NCBI RefSeq assembly: GCF_048593235.1
Contig: NC_133619.1
Span: forward strand, 83,962,454 to 84,026,453
Direction: 5' to 3'
DNA length: 64,000 nucleotides
From: Sminthopsis crassicaudata
Taxonomy: Eukaryota
The notes under the pieces are model-generated. The model worked only from the letters and a program-made list of their open reading frames with translations. It searched no databases and was not told the DNA's origin. Shown here piece by piece: positions 26,539 through 39,120 of the stretch; within the stretch, counting starts at the first letter, position 1; each line of letters opens with the position of its first letter. The position numbers and the translations under genes were made by a program.

Positions 26539-27534
26539 TTTGACGACCTAGAAACCCTGTGAAGTAGTTCTGAGAATCTGGTAAACTTCTAAATCAGATT
26601 TGAATTCATATCTTACTGATTCGAAGTTCGGTGTTCTATCCATTATATTATCCGAGTGCTTTCAAATGCTTTCATATACTGTTCTTTCTATGGGAAAATA
26701 AAACCATTGGGTGGGAGGATTGTCCAAGTGTCTTTGTGGTGTTCTTGGCTTAGCTTATGTATAGATAAAATAATGCTTTGCTTAAATTATTAGCTGTATG
26801 ACTCTCAACCTTTGTCTGATTCAACTTATTCATCTGTAAAATGGAGATAATAATAGCACCTAACCCAAACGTGTTCCTAAAGCTGTTGTAAGGATCAAAT
26901 AAGAAAGTATTTGTAAAGTGCTTAGCAGATTTTAAAAGTCTTTACAAATGTTAGCTATTATTATTATATAAGAATATCATAATATATTCTGCATATAATT
27001 ATTATTAAATACATAATATGTACTATTACATAATTGCTACTGTTATATAATATAATATTATATATTATAATGTAATTATCATAATTGTTATATGATCTAA
27101 TATATTAGATAATATGTATATAATAATTGTAAATATATACAAAATATGTATAATTTCTATTGGAGAAATAATATTAATACTGTAATTAAAACTCACTTAT
27201 ATAGTGGTTTTAGGTTTACAAAGGATAGGGTATAGTTTAGGAAAGGACACTTTTCTTTTAGATAAACCTCCTAAGTAGTAGAATTATTTCATTCCATATT
27301 ACAAAGAAAATATTATCTACTATTCTCCCCCACCTGGGAGCATTAGAAGTCTATAGGAAATATCTATGGCTATGGGTAGAATCAGTGGAGAACAGAAACT
27401 TCTTATCATTCAAGGGCTGTCCCACAGAGCTGTATAAATAGGCTCAAAGACCTAAAGGGTGAGTGACTGGGCAAAACAATGGGTTATTAATCTAAGATAG
27501 ATGGACCGTGTTTCAAATAGCACATGCCTTTTCT

Positions 27535-28075
27535 TTTTAATTTTTAATATTTCCCTTTATACCACCTACATTTCCTAATGTATTCCTCCTCCATTCTCCT
27601 TCCAGAATTATACTATAATATTTGTAAAGCACTTAGCACAGTACATAATGGACATCACATAAATATCTATTCCGATTTTATTATACTAAAGAATAAAAAA
27701 GGTTGGGGGAGGGAGAGGGAAGCAGTTCCACAAAATTAAACAACATGCCAACCAAATCTGGCATTATGTATAAAGTAGCACACTTAATAGTACTCAAAAT
27801 CTACAAAAATAAGGAAGTACATTCTTATATCCTTTTGCTGGGACCAGACTTGGTCATTATAATTTCACTTTCATTTGTTCTGTGGTCACTTTATTTATTG
27901 TTTTCCAGCTTCTGCTTCTGTCACTTAGCATCAGTTCATGTAAGTCTTTCCAAACTTCTCTGCTTCATCATATTCATCATATCAGAGAGTACCAAGATAA
28001 CATGAAATTCATGTACTACAACTTGTTTAGTCATTTTCCAATCAGTGGAAAGGAAGATGACTTTCCAATATACAA
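27535..28075 (-). mobile_element. Old L1 3' end, antisense
   Basis: TTCTGCTTCTGTCACTTAGCATCAGTTCATGTAAGTCTTTCCAAAC...TACAACTTGTTTAGTCATTTTCCAAT is the reverse complement of the ORF2 end. Confidence 0.75.
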
Positions 28076-28140
28076 AGATGAAGATTGTCAACTCCCCTGG
28101 CTTTTCTGGAAACAACATCTCAGGGTAAGGCAGATACTTT

Positions 28141-28284
28141 TTTTTTTTGCTGAGGCAATTGGGATTAAGTGACTTGCCCAGGGTCACACAGCTAGGAATT
28201 ATTAAGTGTCTGAGACCAGATTTGAACTCAGGTCCTTCTGACTCAAGGGCTGCTACTCTATCTACTGAATCATCTATCTGCCTC
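28141..28284 (-). mobile_element. WSINE1-like SINE, antisense
   Basis: Perfect 15-bp TSD TAAGGCAGATACTTT at 28126-28140 and 28285-28299, with a poly-T tail. Confidence 0.92.
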
Positions 28285-28931
28285 TAAGGCAGATACTTTT
28301 AAGAAGGACAGAATGACACACCACAAATCAAGGCAGAAGGGGGCCAAGAAACTAGGGGAAGGGAAGGAGTGAAGAACCTTTATTTAGGAAAGAAGTAAGG
28401 ATTTGTAAAATAGGAAAGCAAATGAAGATGAGAATATCTCACCCAGGAATCTGGAGCAAAGGCTGGCCATAACTCAACAGCATGCCTACCAAAAAAAGGG
28501 GCATCTGGGCTTGCCCCAGTGACTGAAAAAAGCATGGAACTCTTAATAAGATTTTCAAAATTTCTCAATATTATCATCAAATCAAATCCTCTATCCACTC
28601 AGAGTTCATCTAAGCAATTAGATAATGGGCGTTCCCTTCCTAGACAAAGCAAAACAAGACTGTTAGAACAAGAGTGACAATTTTAAGACCATGTGCCATG
28701 TGATCATCATCATCATATATCATAAGTACATATCCTGTCAATTATTTTATCTTAAGTAGCTAGAATATAGCTGTGGTGTGTGCTAGATATCTTGTAAGAT
28801 TCTTTCCCACCAAAGATTTGTGGGTTATTCTTTAGCATTTATCTAGAAAACCTTGTCCTCAAAGGTCACCTTCCATGTGTATTGCATATATTTTATAAAT
28901 AAAAATGTTAGTTTCTTAAATCGTGTGTGTG

Positions 28932-28965
<34 letters not shown>

Positions 28966-31014
28966 CTTTCTTTGTATCCTAAGCATTTCACACAGTACCT
29001 GGCATGAATTGATTGATTTGTCTTCTACCTAAGGCATTAAATAGAAGGAGCCCTGGATTGGGAAGTCAGCAGATCTGCTTTCAACTTCTAATTGCTGCTA
29101 ATGAACTATGTGAATTTGAGCAAGTCACCCATCTTCTCCAGACCTTAACTTCCTCATGTCTAGACACATGATTTTAATGTTCTAACCTCAGTCGGCTATT
29201 TTCAGAGTCAACAAAACCTCATGGTATCTGGCAGGATAATCTGGGTTTGGGATTTTGGAGAAAGGATACTCTTTCAGAGTATTAGAAATGATTTAGTAGG
29301 TAAGAGTTTCCACCACACCACATGATCCCCTGTTGACCTAAAAGAGTTCATCTGCTTAGTAGCAAGCTATTAACTCCTTTTCACCAGCAATATCATCCCT
29401 TACATAGAGATGTTTCATCCCACCTATAGTTTTATATGTTTTTGTGAAGTCAACTAAAGGTGGAAGGACTGATTGAATACCAGGCCTATTTCCCAGTGGT
29501 CTCACTTCTTTAGGAAGAACTGATGTATCCAAACACTATTTCTGGTACAGTTGGAACTCATGGTAGGATCATATCATTCCAGTTTTTCTATCTGGTTATT
29601 CTTGTCCTTTTAGTTTCCCAGTGAAAAATCAGAATAGCTTTGCCTCCTTAAGAAAAAGAAGGAAGAATATAGGAGAAATCTTATCAATAAGCTGACCCCT
29701 GAACTTTAATTTCTGATCAGGTCTGAGTGAGTGGTAAAGGAAAACCCATTTTCCATGAAAATCTTTCATTGATATGGCATAAAGTTCAAACATTTCACTT
29801 AAAGATCATTTTCCCCCATTATGATCATTGAAATGAAGCCAAGAAGAAGAAAAAAAGATGATCTGGGCTCTAGAATCTTGACTTCAAAAATGTCTATTAA
29901 TTCAACACAATAAAACTTACAAACTCCTGATAATTCTCAAAATGCTTCTAAAATTGAAATTGATTCTGTGAAATTGCTTTCATCTACCATCATTAGGGAA
30001 AATCTTAACCCTTAACAGGGAGGGCTCAGTGCACAGGAACATTTGCAGGGGCAAGGTGGGAGAGGAGATAATATAGTTGGGGGCAGTAGATGATGGGTAA
30101 TCTATCAGAATTTGAGCTTGACTGAGTTTCTACTAAGAGCAAAATTTAATTTGTCATGGCAGATCAAATGTCCTCAGATTCTGGGCCGACTAACTGGTCA
30201 TTTTCCTAGGGAATTAAATGGTAGCTACCTCCATTATTCCCAAGATACATTATACATAATTGACAAATTATTGTCTGTAAATGGTCATTTTACTTCAAAT
30301 TCAGCTCCAAATGGATCTCTTTTGATTTTTTTAAGATCAGAAATATTTACTTACTATTGGACCTAGTAAGTTTCAAAATAAACAATACAATTCAAACTTT
30401 GAAAAAAAAGTTAAAGCTGAAAAAGTGTAGTTTAGGTTGCCTCACATTGGAAGTTGAATTCAAAGTCTGGCATTTAAGACCTTTGAGTTCTCTTCTCAAA
30501 CAGGTCATTGATTTACTATTTGACCTTGGGTCAATGATCTTAAATGTTTCTCTCCATCAACTTCTCAATATAGTAAATCAGGATAACAATATTACTTACT
30601 TATAGGACCCATTTAGATATAAAATCATGTCGCTGAGGGTGTGTTTTACATTTTGTTGCAAAAATAATAGAATGTTAGCACTAGGGAGTACATTAGAATT
30701 CATCTAATTCTACTTTCTTATTTTACAGATGATAAAATTGAGGTCCACTGAAATGAAGAGAGTTAAGTAACTAGTAAGGGACAGAACCAGTACTAAAATC
30801 CAGGTGTTTATACTATGCTACCTCTCACTTACTTGAAAATCAAATTTGTAGAAATCAAATCATATCTTACATGCTAAATCATCTGGTTGTGAATCCTCTT
30901 GCAAAGTGAAGAATCCCTCTACAGCAGATTGCTATAATCTAATTGATATGCTTTGTAAATCTGGATTTAATAATTTTTGCTATTTTGAATATTGTGAATA
31001 TTGAAAAATATGTT

Positions 31015-31455
31015 TTCAAACCTGGAAAGACTTATGTGAACTGATGCTGAGTGAAGTGAGCAGAATCAGGAGTACATTGTAATGCAGTAACAGCAACATT
31101 GTGCAGTGACCAACTTTGACAGGCTTAGGCTCTTCTCTTCTTAGATCTAAGATAATTCCAAAAGACTCATGCTGGAAAATGTGACCCACATCCAGAAAAA
31201 GAATTGTAGAGTCTGAATATAGATTGAAGCAAACTTACTTTCATTTTTTGTTGTTTTCCCCCATAATTTTTCTGATTCTTCTTTTACCACATGATTATGA
31301 TTATTCATGTATAATGTACATCAAATTGCTAATTGTCTCGAGGAGGGGGGAAGGAAGGAAGAAGGGAGAAAAATATTGGAACTCAAAATCTTATAAAAGT
31401 GAATGTTGTAAACTATCTTTACATGCAATTGGAAAAATAAAATATTATTAAGTGC
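31015..31455 (+). mobile_element. L1 3' end
   Basis: CCTGGAAAGACTTATGTGAACTGATGCTGAGTGAAGTGAGCAGAA...TATAAAAGTGAATGTTG is homologous to 42850-43440. Confidence 0.85.
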
Positions 31456-32564
31456 AAGAAAAATCTGTTTTCAAAAAAATCCCATTTTGTCAGAAGACCT
31501 TGGTTCAAATCATGGTTCTGTCCCTGTGTTAAATTTTGAGGAAAATTATTTTCCCTCCATGAACTTTTATCTGGAAAGTGAGCAAGTTGGGTTATATCAT
31601 CCCTAAGATCTCTGTAAGTACTAATCTGTAATCCCATTATCCATTTACTTCTCCTATTGAGAATGGAAGGAAATAGTTCCCCAAAGAGAGATCATGCTTT
31701 GGCAGGGGATGCTTTTTTTTAGGGAGGATATTATGCCATTGATTGAAAAATGGATGAATAAATTGTGGTATGATCAGTAAGTGGAGTAATATTATCTTTG
31801 CTTCTGGATGGCAATAAGAAACAGTTTATAACATGGATGGTGTCGCAATGATGGTATCAATCCCTGAGACTCCTAGCAGAGATCTGCAATCATTCAAAGA
31901 GGTATTAGATGCCAGCATGCTTCTGAATGTCCAGATGCAGGAAGGATTGGAGTAGGGTACTACTGGACTATATGGGATAAAGAATAGATGTGGCTGTATT
32001 GAAAATAACATAATGATTAGATATTATTGCATATAGCATGGAGTCATATTTTAGAGATCACTATTTTCCATAACTTAACTTTCAAGGAACACTCCAATAC
32101 TAAGAATCCTTAGAATCCTGTAAGATTTAAATTTTTTGTTCTTTTTTTCTCAAAAAAGGAGTCAGTCACAGAAAAACTAGGAAACTCCATGGCAAAAGTG
32201 TGTATATAAATTCCCAAACTTAAGTCACCACTTCACTGACAAAGTTTTAATGAAACTCCTCCTTTTAAATGAAGATTTTGAATCAATCTAGATTATAAGA
32301 GATTAGATTTCCATACTCAAGATAGAAATTAACTAGAGAATGAATTCCATATCGAAAGAATCATTGGATCCACAATTATTCTCTATTCTCTTTTTTTCAG
32401 TAAACACTTCATTTCTTCTCAAGTCAAATTGTAATCATTGGTACTTTATGAAAGATTAGAGCAATTTTAAGTGTGTGAATATACTTCCCCACCCACCCCA
32501 AAAAAGCACAACCCTGTTTCAACTGAATTGATAGAGAACTTTTAAAAAATACTAATGACTCAAA

Positions 32565-33200
32565 GTTAAAGCTAAAATGGATTTAACTAAAAGAGAAAAA
32601 TAGGGAAACTATAGTATATATCAACCATATTAAACAATATTGTTTGACTATTTAAAATAATTGGACAATATAAAGTTGGAATATAGCTGCAGTGTAGCAA
32701 ATGATGAGCTAGTAAATTTATAACAAGGTAGAAAGACTTGAACTTATGTGAAGGAAGATGTTATCCACCTTCAGAGAAGTAGAAGTCAAGTGAAAAAAAA
32801 GCATAGTATGGTCTTACATCTATGCATGTGAATGTATATGTGTATATGTCTGTAGGATTATAGATACTTATGCATTTATTTATGTGTTTATATATATATA
32901 TATGTATAGAAAATCATAAAACATAAAATTGTATGGTTTATTAATTATAGCCTTCAGAAGGGGCAGTGGAGACAGGGGGGAAAATAAAAAGTGTATCACA
33001 GAGGGAAAAAAAAGAAAACTTGCAAGGAAGCAAAGAAAAGATGGACAGTACTGAACACAATGGCTAATATTTTTATATAGACTTTTTTGAAATGAAAATC
33101 TATTGCTTTTTATTTTGAATCCTCTCATATTCTGTTGTGGACATGTAAGTGGTTTTTTCCCTTTCTTTTGTATTTAAGTTTAAAATAAAAAATAAATAAA
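32565..33200 (+). mobile_element. Internally deleted L1 derivative (HAL1-like) 3' portion
   Basis: Endonuclease-like codons at 32568-32612 are followed within ~65 nt by ORF2-end-like sequence (32678), then a distinct 3' UTR ending AATAAA/A-rich at ~33190. Confidence 0.55.
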
Positions 33201-33204
33201 AATA

Positions 33205-34810
33205 GTAATTAATTAGGGGAACATAGAAAATTTGGCCCAATAGATCTATGGGTAAGGGAAGAATTTACAATCAGACAAGAGACAGAATCAATTTTTTTTA
33301 AAATTTTAAAGTAGATTTTTATTGATATCTTTTGATTTTAAATCACCTAGATTTTTTTCTATATTTTTCTTTTTTTAAAATAATTTTATTATATATTTTT
33401 TATAATATTATCCCTTGTATTCATTTTTCCAAATTATCCCCCCTCCCTCCACTCCCTCCCCCAGATGACAGGCAATCCCATACATTTTACTTGTGTTACA
33501 ATATAACCTAGATACAATACATGTGTGTAAATACCATTTTCTTGTTGCACAATAAGCATTAGATTCCGAAGGTACATGTAACCTGGGCAGACAGATATTA
33601 GTGCTAACAATTTACATTCATTTCCCAGTGTTTCTTCTCTGGGTGTAGCTACCTCTGTCCACAAGAGACAGAATCTACAGGAAGTAAAATGGATAATTTG
33701 AAATTACAAAGATTTTGCACAAATAAAAATAATGCAGCCAACATTAGAAGGAGAGCAAAACTGGGGGGAAATTCTTACAGCAAGTGTTTATGATAAAGGC
33801 TTCATTTCTCATATATAAAGAACTGAGTCAAATGTTTATAATACATTGGATAAATGATCAAAGGTTATGTACAGACAGTTTTTAGAAGAAATTGAAATTA
33901 TCTATAATCATATGAAAAAATGTGCTAAATCACTACTGATTAGACAAATGCAAATTAAAATAACTCTGAGATATAATTTCACACCTAACAGATTGGCTAA
34001 TAAAAGAGAAAAAATGATAAATGTGGAGGAGATATGGAAAATTGGAATACTAATATACTATTAGTGGAATTGTGAACTAATCCAACCATTCTGTAGAATA
34101 ATTTGAAACTATGTCCAAAAAGTAATAAAACTGTTCATACCCTTTGGCTCAGCAATACCACTACTAGGCCTATAGCCAAAAAAATCAAAGAAAAAAGGAA
34201 AAGGGCTATATTTACAAAAGTATTTACAGCAGTTCTTTTTGTGGTGGCAAAGAATTGGAAATTGAGGGAATGCCCTTCAACTAGGGAATAGCTAAACAAA
34301 TTGTATTATACGATTGTTTTTGTAATACTATTGTGCTATAAGAAATGACAAGCCAAAAAAATAAAATTAAAAAAATTAAAAATTTAAAAAAGACAAGCCA
34401 GATGGTTTCAGAAAAATCTGGAAAGACATATATGAACTAATGCAAAGTAAAGGGGGCAGAACAAGGAGAACAAATACATATTAACAGCAATATTATATAA
34501 TGATCAACTGTGAATGACTTAGCTATTTTGATCAGTACAATGATCCAAGAAAATTCCAGAGTTTTTCTGATGAAAATTGTTATTCTCCTCCACAGAAACA
34601 ACTGATGAAGTCTAAATGCAGATTGAAGAGTAATTTTTTCAATGTATTTTCTTGCTTTTTGGCAGCATAGCTAATATAGAAATGGTTTGTATAATTTCCC
34701 ATGTATAATTGATACCACATTTCTTGCCTTCTCAGTGGCTAAAGGAGGAGTGAGAGAGAGGAAAAGAATTCAAAATTCAAAAAAAAAATAAAATGCTAAA
34801 AATAAATAAT
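33205..34810 (+). mobile_element. L1 ORF2 3' region + 3' UTR (degenerate), interrupted at 33290-33660
   Basis: ORF-track peptides such as QMQIKITLRYNFTP and LFVVAKNWKLRECPS match ORF2p C-terminal motifs. Collinear with 53350-54060. Confidence 0.9.
33290..33660 (-). mobile_element. Young L1 3' UTR insertion (antisense) with extra 3' segment
   Basis: 15-bp duplication ACAAGAGACAGAATC at 33275-33289 and 33661-33675. 33370-33660 closely matches the reverse complement of 54145-54400. Confidence 0.9.
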
Positions 34811-36908
34811 CTTTTTAAAAATAAAAATACGGATGATTGATATAAAGAAAAAGATAGCTTTTCTTAATACACAGAGAAAAAAGCAAGTGAGAGATGAAGA
34901 CATAGAGACAAAGAAAAATAGAGGCAAAGAGATATAGACACAATCAACAGAGGCAGAGATCAAGAGAAGAGAGAAACAAAGACAGAAGTAGACAAACATA
35001 TAGACAGGAAAAGAGAGGATAGGAGAGGAAAGGAGAAAAGACAGAAGAGGAGAGAAAGGCAGAGGGAGAGGGAAGAAGATTGGAGACAGACAGAAAGAGA
35101 GAGGCAAAGACAGAAACAGAGAGAGAGGAAGAGAGATTTAATTCTAATTATACATCAATGGTTTGTATCTTTAACTGTTTAAGGAGCTTCAATTGTAGTT
35201 AATAAGATGTTCTGGTGAGGTCACTAGAAGAATGAAGAGTGGAACTTGGAAATTTCAATCCCCTAAAAGACATTTAACTCTTCAAATGAATAGACTTGAA
35301 GATGGTCAGACAGGTCATTGTTCACCTGCTATTGTGGGTTTTTCCTAAAACTTCTCATAGTCCCTGAGATGCCTGAAGTATCCACCTATCTTTTAGGGAA
35401 CTTTCACACAAAGTATAATATCCTGAATGCTTAAGTCTTTCTCTGTGGACTTACCTCCCACATGGGAAACTCAGTTTCTTTCCAGGTTTAGTCAGCTTCC
35501 AAATGGAATCTCTCCCTTACTGTCCGCTCCCAGTCTTCAAAGCTGCCATATCCTTGACCTGCACTCAAGAAGGCAAAAGGGTTGAACCAGTTATATGGCA
35601 GTACCCATTGTGCCCTGCAAAAATGGCCTCCATATGCAAACCTTATTTGTTCTACTACAGGAATACACCCCATTCCTCATATAAACTTCCTAACAGTACT
35701 TAAAAATTATCTGTCTCATTGATTGTTAAAGAAATTTATTAGTTATTGAATTAGAATTTGCGGTTGCTAATTTTCTGGGCTCTTTTTTTCCTTCTTCCTT
35801 CTCTTAAAGATAGGTACTAATTTTATCCTTATGAAGGATAAAACCACTGTGCTGGTTGGATGCCCTGATGGTGATTAGAGAGTCCTAGTTATTTATTTGT
35901 TAGACTTAAAAAGCACACGGGTTGCCAATATGCCTCTGGCTGGTGTACAGAAACCAGATAATGCAATAACAGCCTGTCAAAGTGAAGGCAAAGGCTAGGG
36001 AAGGAAACAGGCATCTACTAAGCAGAAAATGCCAAACCTGAAGAGATTAAGTCTTGCACTGTGCCCTGAAGAACGACAGATCTGGGCTTTGTGAATAGTG
36101 GGAAGGGAGAGAGGGAATTCCAGAAATGAAGATTACATACAGGAAAAGTATTCTGTCTCCCATAATTTAGTTACACAAGCTGTGTTCCATTCTATCTGAA
36201 AGCATTAGCAGTCGAATATGCCCTGCTAAGGAAAGCCAAGTACTAATAGGAAACTGGGATAAATGATCCTCACACAAAAGCAAAATGCCAGCCATTGCTG
36301 CCTTTTACTCCTCTTAGAGGGTACTGGGGAAAGAAATAAAGAATACCACATTTCTGGAACTGAAAGGCCGTATCATGGATCAATGAGTTGAGAGCTCTTC
36401 ACCCAAGCTATAAGTGATAGAAACAAGCTGCTCATCTTTAGCTAATTATCTTGCCCTCATCACCTAGAAAATAGAGACTGAAGCTTCCTGATGGGGCTCT
36501 CATGACTTTAGAAAGGAATCGTTATCTCTTTTTTCTAAGCAACATAAAAATACTTTCCAGAGAAAAAGAAAAATTGTTTTTATTTTCCTCTCTAACTTTT
36601 AAGGAAGTAAATTTTTAAGGCCTGGCAAGTGATTTATACTTATCTTTTATCAAGCAGAGTAAAAATCAGCCTTATTCATGGACAAAATAGTCTGTGGGGA
36701 GATGAACTAGGCTTGGTGAAGGTGAAGACCTAATGGAAGATTCCTCTCATCATCTGGAGGATGCCTGAAATTCCTATATTAAGAGAACAGAGCCTATATT
36801 TCTACATAGAGAGGTTCAGCTTAAAATATGAATAGTCCCAAAGGAGGAAAATCCAGTGATTTCGGACTGATGTTCCTGATTTTCTCAGCTCTAATCCATC
36901 CTATATTC

Positions 36909-37111
36909 CAATGGTTTTCAAACTCAAAACAGATAATAAACTGTACAAAAGGATTCCTATGGCCTGCATATTGACTTAGAAAACTACATATTAACATTAT
37001 TATTTTTGTTACATTTTATTTATTTTGTTTAATATTTCCCAATGACATTTTATATGATTCTAGCACCAAGAATGTTGAGGTGTTCCAGTAACAGGTTTGA
37101 TACACCCACTG
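36909..37111 (+). mobile_element. hAT-like MITE
   Basis: Ends CAATGGTTTTCAAACT / GTTTGATACACCCACTG. Homologous to 14540-14723. Confidence 0.6.
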
Positions 37112-38029
37112 TTTACCTTCCAATAAGTCTGTCTAGTCATACCCAGAGATTTCTCAAAAACCTTCTTGGGTTTGCTATCACCTCTAGAATAAAATGTAAA
37201 ATCACATTTTAAAACTCACAATTTCACCTTGGAGCTATATTTTCAATCTTTTCTTATTTTATTCTCTTACATTTGGCCTCCAACTGAAACTTTTCTCTTC
37301 AAAGTTAGCTTTTAATTGCCAAACCTAGTGACCTTTTCTCAGTCCTGTTCCTTCTTAACCTCTACAGCAGTTGGTGTCCTTAATCACCTTCTCTAAGCTT
37401 TTATGACATTGCTCATTGTTTTCCTCCTAACTGCTTGGCCATTCCTCATCTTCCATGAGAATTCTTCATCCTACTCATGTCCACTAACGTGAGTATCTCC
37501 CAAGTCTCTGTGTTGAGCAGTCTCTTTTCACTCCATCCTAACTCACTTGGTGATCTCATCAGTTTCTGTTGATTTAATTATGATCTTCATGCAGATGAAT
37601 ATGCAACACTAGCCTCTGCCCAGAGCTGCAAACAAAACTGATTTTTATACATCTCAAAGTGAATGTCCTATAGCATCTTAAAACCCAATATGTTCAAAAC
37701 AGCACTCATCTTTTGTCTTCCAAATCCTCTCTTCTTCTGAACTTTATTATTGTCCAGAAGAGTATCATTAACCCAATCACCCAGGCTCACAATCTAAGTA
37801 TCATGCTCAACTCCTCACTCCTGACTTACCCCATAAATCCAACCCATTGCCCAATATTACAATTTCTTTTTTATTCAATTGTGGAAATTGAAAGAACATT
37901 CATTGTATTGTTTGAACCCAGCCTTGCACAGTGGGGCCACCTCTTATCTACTTCTATGAGATGATTACCCAAGGACCTAGGTTATGTCTACCAGAAACTC
38001 GGGCAGATCTACATTTCAAGCAACCCCTT

Positions 38030-38240
38030 ACTTTCTGAACTTTTTTTTACAGCTCACCCTGAACTGTGCTTCCCCAGATTTCAAATTGATCAAAATTACT
38101 TAAGGCTAGTGGGTTCTGGGGAGTTATGTGGTCTGTGAATATTTAGATAACATGTTAAAAACAATTTCACAGGCCAGAGTCTCCTCTTTTAAACAACACA
38201 AACACACACACACAAAACTATGTCCCTGAAATAAAGGCTT
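38030..38240 (+). repeat. Unassigned dispersed repeat, copy 1 (copy 2 at 55378-55600)
   Basis: Shared blocks CTTACTTTCT.AACTTTTT, AGTTATGTGG.C..TGAATATTTAGAT, AAACAATTT and CTG.AAT.AAGG.TTAC. Confidence 0.65.
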
Positions 38241-38872
38241 ACTAACATGAAAATTGGCCTTGTCCTGGTCATTTGGTTATTGTGTTTCCATATTCCACTG
38301 ATTGTTTAGGGACACTTTGGGGGAGTGGGACACTTTCTTTTTTGAATTCAGAGAATTATATCTACTCTCTCTGCCCTTCCCAATTGGAAGGTCTCTAATT
38401 TTTCATTCATTTAGAAATCAAATTACCAAATGTGTGTATCTTTTAATTGGTTTTATTTGGCTGGTTTTAACGTATAAAAGTCTATCTCCCCTGTATTAGG
38501 TATCTATGCCTAAGTTGAGGAAGGGGCCTGGTCCCAATTTGTTAGGCAATTGCCATGCATAGCTTAATAACTCTATATGCTCAAAATTTTGTTTCCTCAG
38601 TCATTTCATCTTTCACTTACTACAGAATCTTTCATATATATCTCCTTCTCTCTACTGATATAACTGCCACTTTTATTAAAGCCCTCATCCCCTCTTGTCA
38701 GAGCTATTGCATAGCCTTCTCATTAGTGAACTTGCCTCTAGTGTATTCCCCTTCCTACCCATTCTGCTGCCAAGATAATTTTTTTTAAAGAATAAGTCTT
38801 ATCATCTCACTGTCTACTTTCCTTCCTCATCAGCTCAATGAGATCCAGCAGTTTCCTCAAGGATTTGACATT

Positions 38873-39120
38873 GGCAGCTAAGTAGCACAGCATATAGAAT
38901 ACCAGTCCTAGAGTCAGGAAGATTCATCTTTCTGGGTTCAAATCTGTCCTCAGACATGTATAAGCTATGTGACTCTAGGCAAATCACTTACCACAGTTTG
39001 CTTCAGTTTCCCAATTTGCAAAATGAACTAGAGAAGAAAATGATAAACCACTGCAGTATCTTTAGCACCAAAAACTCCAAATGGTGTCACAAAGAGTCAG
39101 ACAATTCTGAACAACAGCAA
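38873..39120 (+). mobile_element. Mar1-like SINE
   Basis: GGCAGCTAAGTAGCACAG...GAGAAGAAAATGATAAACCACTGCAGTATCTTT...AACAACAGCAA. Confidence 0.85.

Noticed and set aside
31833-31955. 40-codon ATG ORF MDGVAMMVSIPETPSRDLQSFKEVLDASMLLNVQMQEGLE
   Set aside because: Short, with no splice signals, poly-A or TSD to suggest a retrocopy; not recognised.
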